NCBI GenBank assembly: GCA_963662655.2
Contig: CAXXTU010000002.1
Span: 3,424,001 to 3,488,000 of the forward strand
Direction: 5' to 3'
From: Candidatus Cloacimonadales bacterium
Lineage (GTDB): Bacteria; Cloacimonadota; Cloacimonadia; Cloacimonadales; JAIOQZ01
DNA: 64,000 nucleotides
The position numbers were made by a program, and so were the translations under genes. Shown one piece after another: positions 60,913-64,000 of the stretch (its first letter is position 1; every line of letters starts with the position of its first letter). Under the pieces are notes generated by a model that was not told the origin of the DNA, did no database searches, and worked only from the letters and a program-made list of their open reading frames with translations.

Positions 60913-62259
60913 GGCACTGTTGCAAACTTAGTGGGTAAGTCGAAAAAAAGATTGAGAGGAATCACCCGATCTCGTACAATCTCCTAATCACCACAACAAG
61001 GAGATAGAGATGAATGATCCTCTCAGAAAACAAGTCTGTAAAACGTTGTTGGCTTTGCAAGGTTATTCTGCCGACCAGATAATCGAAGGTACGTATCAAA
61101 CTTATCCATGCATTGAAGTCCATGTTCGAAAGGAAGATGAGCCACGTTGTCCTACATGCGGTATTGTGGGAACAGTTTATGATCATCGAGTCCGCAAAAT
61201 TCTTCATGCATCCATATCCTGTCGTCCCGTAGTACTTGTGCTAACGCTTCGCCGGATCAACTGCGCTCAGTGTGGAGTGAAAACTGAACAACAGGATATT
61301 GCCGAGGGTCTCAATCGACACTCTAAAGACTTCGGCAATAAGGTTCTCCAGTTCACGCTTCGTTCAGACAATGCTTCTGTAGCACGGATATTCGGTGTGG
61401 ATCGGAGTACGATTTATCGAATCGACAAAATTGAGTTATCCAAGTTGGAAAAGGGTTATAGAGGACGAGTTCCGAATGTCGATCAGATTGCAATTGACGA
61501 GATTGGTTATAAGCGAAGGCATAAGTATGCAACGGTTATCACAAACCATGAGGACGGGCGTGTGATCGACCTGACAATGGGCAAATCGAAAGAAAGTGCG
61601 AAGGAGTTGTTTCGAAAATACGAACGACGACTCCGCTGGATTGATACCGTAACAATGGATTTCAGTGGTTCATATATCGGCGCTGTTTCCGAGTGTTGGA
61701 GTGCCGATATGATCGTATTTGATCGTTTCCATTTCAGCCGCCTGGTCAACAGGAAAGTGGAAGAAGTACGACGAGAACTTCAGAGAGATTTTGAATCTGA
61801 CAAGTTGCGTCAGAGCAAGAAACACGACCGGTGGTTGGTTTTGACCAGAAAACACAATCACAAAGAAAACCATCAAGCCCGACTCAAGAAACTGGAGACG
61901 CTAAATCATCCCCTTTACGAAGCCTATTTGCTCAAAGAAGATTTACTATCGATTTTCGAAGACGATATTACGCAAGAAGAAGCGAAGCCGATGATTGAAG
62001 AGTGGTGCAGAGTTATTCAGAAAACCGTCTTCGAGCCACTGAAGGCACTTGCAAGAACGATTATGAAGAGATTGCATATTGTGTTGAACTGGTTCAAGCA
62101 TAGAATCACGAATGCCAAGGCAGAAGCGGTTAACAACGTCATTCGAACCATTATAAAGAGAGCGTATGGATACAAGGACTTCTCATACTTCAGATTGAAG
62201 GTTCTGCAATGTTGCGGATATCTGAATACCCATTCACCCACTTAATATGCAACAGTGCC
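60913..62259 (+). mobile_element. ISL3-family insertion sequence (1347 bp)
   Basis: IRL GGCACTGTTGCAAACTTAGTGGGT and IRR (reverse complement) GGCACTGTTGCATATTAAGTGGGT match at 21/24; 8-bp TSD TTAAATAA at 60905-12 and 62260-67. Confidence 0.95.
61010..62245 (+). CDS. ISL3-family transposase
   Basis: CPTCG...RRINCAQCG zinc finger; IAIDE, VTMDF, VFDRFH, TNAKAEAVNN...RAYGY. Confidence 0.95.
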   Translation: MNDPLRKQVCKTLLALQGYSADQIIEGTYQTYPCIEVHVRKEDEPRCPTCGIVGTVYDHRVRKILHASISCRPVVLVLTLRRINCAQCGVKTEQQDIAEGLNRHSKDFGNKVLQFTLRSDNASVARIFGVDRSTIYRIDKIELSKLEKGYRGRVPNVDQIAIDEIGYKRRHKYATVITNHEDGRVIDLTMGKSKESAKELFRKYERRLRWIDTVTMDFSGSYIGAVSECWSADMIVFDRFHFSRLVNRKVEEVRRELQRDFESDKLRQSKKHDRWLVLTRKHNHKENHQARLKKLETLNHPLYEAYLLKEDLLSIFEDDITQEEAKPMIEEWCRVIQKTVFEPLKALARTIMKRLHIVLNWFKHRITNAKAEAVNNVIRTIIKRAYGYKDFSYFRLKVLQCCGYLNTHSPT

Positions 62260-62322
62260 TTAAATAATTGACATTTTTATCGTATATTCCCCAACTTCTA
62301 CAGCAAAGTAGAGGAGTTTACG

Positions 62323-63420
62323 ATGAAGCGCACTATATATGGATTTTTACTCGCTTTTTTGGTTTCTTTCATACTGACATCATGTGATATACAGCTCCGG
62401 AGCGACGCCCCGTACAAGCTGATCGATCCGGACAACAGCACCATGGTGTATGGGGTGTATCCGCAGGGGGATGGAACGTACAAGATGGTTGTCCATACAA
62501 ATACCCCGACGAAGACACCAAAGTCGGAGATATGCAGCTTTGATTCCGACTGGCAGATTACGGAAAGGAAGCCATTGCCGCTTGATTCACTGGCCGTGAT
62601 CAAGAAGGTGGTTGAGGGTCCTGCGTCATACTGGATGGTCGTGCAGAATTATGTGTACGGAGAAGGTTTTTCGACATCCATCTTGCAGGTGGATCGCGAA
62701 GGCAACGAGCTCTTTCGGGAGCAGATTGCAACCTCCGCTGAAATGCTCGATCTCGACGTCTTCATGCAGGACGGCGAAGGTACGATGGTCATTTATCGGC
62801 CGGATCAAACGTTGTTCTATCGTTTCCGCGATCGCGAGATTGACCACGACTACCTTGTGGTCGGTCAGCCGATCGATCGTGTGAGCGTCCATCCGGATAA
62901 AGCCGGCGCACTGTATGCATCCGGCATGATCGATGGCGTTCTGACCATTTTCGAGTTCAACCTTGCGAATCAGGTGTTTTCTCCGATCCTCTCAACAACC
63001 GGTTTTCCCGAGGGCTTGAAAGTGCGGGATTTTGCAATAGGAGCAAAAACGCTGGTTGCATTATACCATGCGCAACTTAACGACGCACCGCCTTCCGACC
63101 AGTTGATCTATGTTGTCTCGCCGGATAATCCACCCATTCAGATTCCCTACAAAGGCTTCGTTACCGATTTTCTGGATTGGAACGGAACGCAACTGATTGC
63201 TGGGGTTGAAAAGGAAGGCGAAAAGACGCAACGAACATCCGCGGTGAAAATCCTGGAAGTTACCGACGACAACACAACGAAAGCCCTCCATCGCTACGAT
63301 CCTAAAAACCTCGTGATACCGGAAGCAATCCTGAGCGGAGACACGGTTATCCTTTATGGTCATGTCGGGCACCCGCTGCTGGGTCTGACCGGATTTGTTC
63401 AGGAAATCGCATTGAAGTAG
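62323..63420 (+). CDS. Hypothetical lipoprotein (beta-rich)
   Basis: Signal peptide with lipobox LTSC; SD GAGGAG; 365-aa ORF. Confidence 0.7.
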   Translation: MKRTIYGFLLAFLVSFILTSCDIQLRSDAPYKLIDPDNSTMVYGVYPQGDGTYKMVVHTNTPTKTPKSEICSFDSDWQITERKPLPLDSLAVIKKVVEGPASYWMVVQNYVYGEGFSTSILQVDREGNELFREQIATSAEMLDLDVFMQDGEGTMVIYRPDQTLFYRFRDREIDHDYLVVGQPIDRVSVHPDKAGALYASGMIDGVLTIFEFNLANQVFSPILSTTGFPEGLKVRDFAIGAKTLVALYHAQLNDAPPSDQLIYVVSPDNPPIQIPYKGFVTDFLDWNGTQLIAGVEKEGEKTQRTSAVKILEVTDDNTTKALHRYDPKNLVIPEAILSGDTVILYGHVGHPLLGLTGFVQEIALK

Positions 63421-63580
63421 GCGGTATTCGTTCGCTTCTTGGATTTAATGGTTTGCATGAAAGAATCTGCTGCTGTCTACAGTATAGCAAAGCTGCCGGA
63501 AAATTCTTGTGGACAGAAAATCCGCTTCGGCGAAAAGATATCCTGAACAAAGACTGTTATTTGCATCAGGAGGATATAGA

Positions 63581-63838
63581 ATGGACGAAATGAGAGAGCT
63601 GAAGCAGATTATTATCGATGATCTCAAGCTGGAAGGACTCGATCCGGAAGATATTCAGGACGATCAACCGTTGTTCGGTGAAGGCCTTGGACTGGACTCC
63701 CTCGACGCAGTTGAATTGGTGGTGATTCTTCAGAAACATTACGGAATTGAACTCAAGGATATGGACAAGGCTCGCGAAGTGTTCACCAACATGAATACGC
63801 TCGCCGAATATGTAAGAGTGAATCGGAAGAAGCAATGA
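63581..63838 (+). CDS. Acyl carrier protein
   Basis: PLFGEGLGLDSLDAVEL with phosphopantetheine Ser; SD AGGAGG; start MDEMRE. Confidence 0.92.
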   Translation: MDEMRELKQIIIDDLKLEGLDPEDIQDDQPLFGEGLGLDSLDAVELVVILQKHYGIELKDMDKAREVFTNMNTLAEYVRVNRKKQ

Positions 63839-64000
63839 CATCCCTTCCCGTTTCCGTAACAGGTATGGGTTGTATCTGTGCTGCGGGTGAAAATGTAGAA
63901 GACGCTGTCCGGAAAACCTATACGGGAACCAGATTGCCCGTGCTCCCATCCAGACTTCAGGTGAATCTCGATAAAACCTATCCGGTTTTCGAGGTGGCCA
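63835..64000 (+). CDS. Beta-ketoacyl-ACP synthase N-terminus (truncated by window edge)
   Basis: ATGA overlap with ACP; hand-translated MTSLPVSVTGMGCICAAGENV..., matching the KS N-terminal V.VTG.G motif. Confidence 0.75.
   Translation, partial: MTSLPVSVTGMGCICAAGENVEDAVRKTYTGTRLPVLPSRLQVNLDKTYPVFEVA

Noticed and set aside
62268..62290. TTGACA next to the ISL3 right end as a hybrid or disrupted promoter
   Set aside because: No -10 hexamer at 16-18 nt spacing.

Overview
Bacterial chromosomal window with an outer-membrane (diderm) gene set. The lineage is probably FCB-related and Cloacimonadota-like, inferred only from two secreted proteins ending in a '(Y/F)PNPFNPET...RKM(M/L)LLK' FlgD/T9SS-type tail and a giant C25 gingipain-like protein. 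The core is tuf plus the S10-spc-alpha ribosomal protein cluster (21.5-37.1 kb, without fusA/rpsG/rpsL or adk). Housekeeping genes include mgtE, lon, yggS, rpmB, thpR, recA, recX, lepB and hemW. Signalling genes comprise a GAF/HD-GYP protein, an orphan fliA-HDOD pair, cheR-cheY-HDOD-cheX and a cNMP-binding histidine kinase. Also present are a fur-feoA-feoC unit lacking feoB, an envelope/lipid operon (divergent PlsY, bacterial ceramide-synthase-like GNAT, beta-barrel, BatA/vWA, radical SAM), an intact ISL3 with 8-bp target duplication, and the start of an ACP-ketosynthase cluster at the right edge. The most unusual unexplained signal is a family of four intergenic hairpin elements (2.3, 7.5, 58.5 and 60.7 kb). 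They share an asymmetric core (GCAGRTTSGTTYGAT ... GGGCSAAGATGC), a bulged A and compensatory base changes, with variable-length interiors. A separate nested-palindrome element lies at 16.85 kb. All assignments come from motif recognition by eye; no database searches were run.
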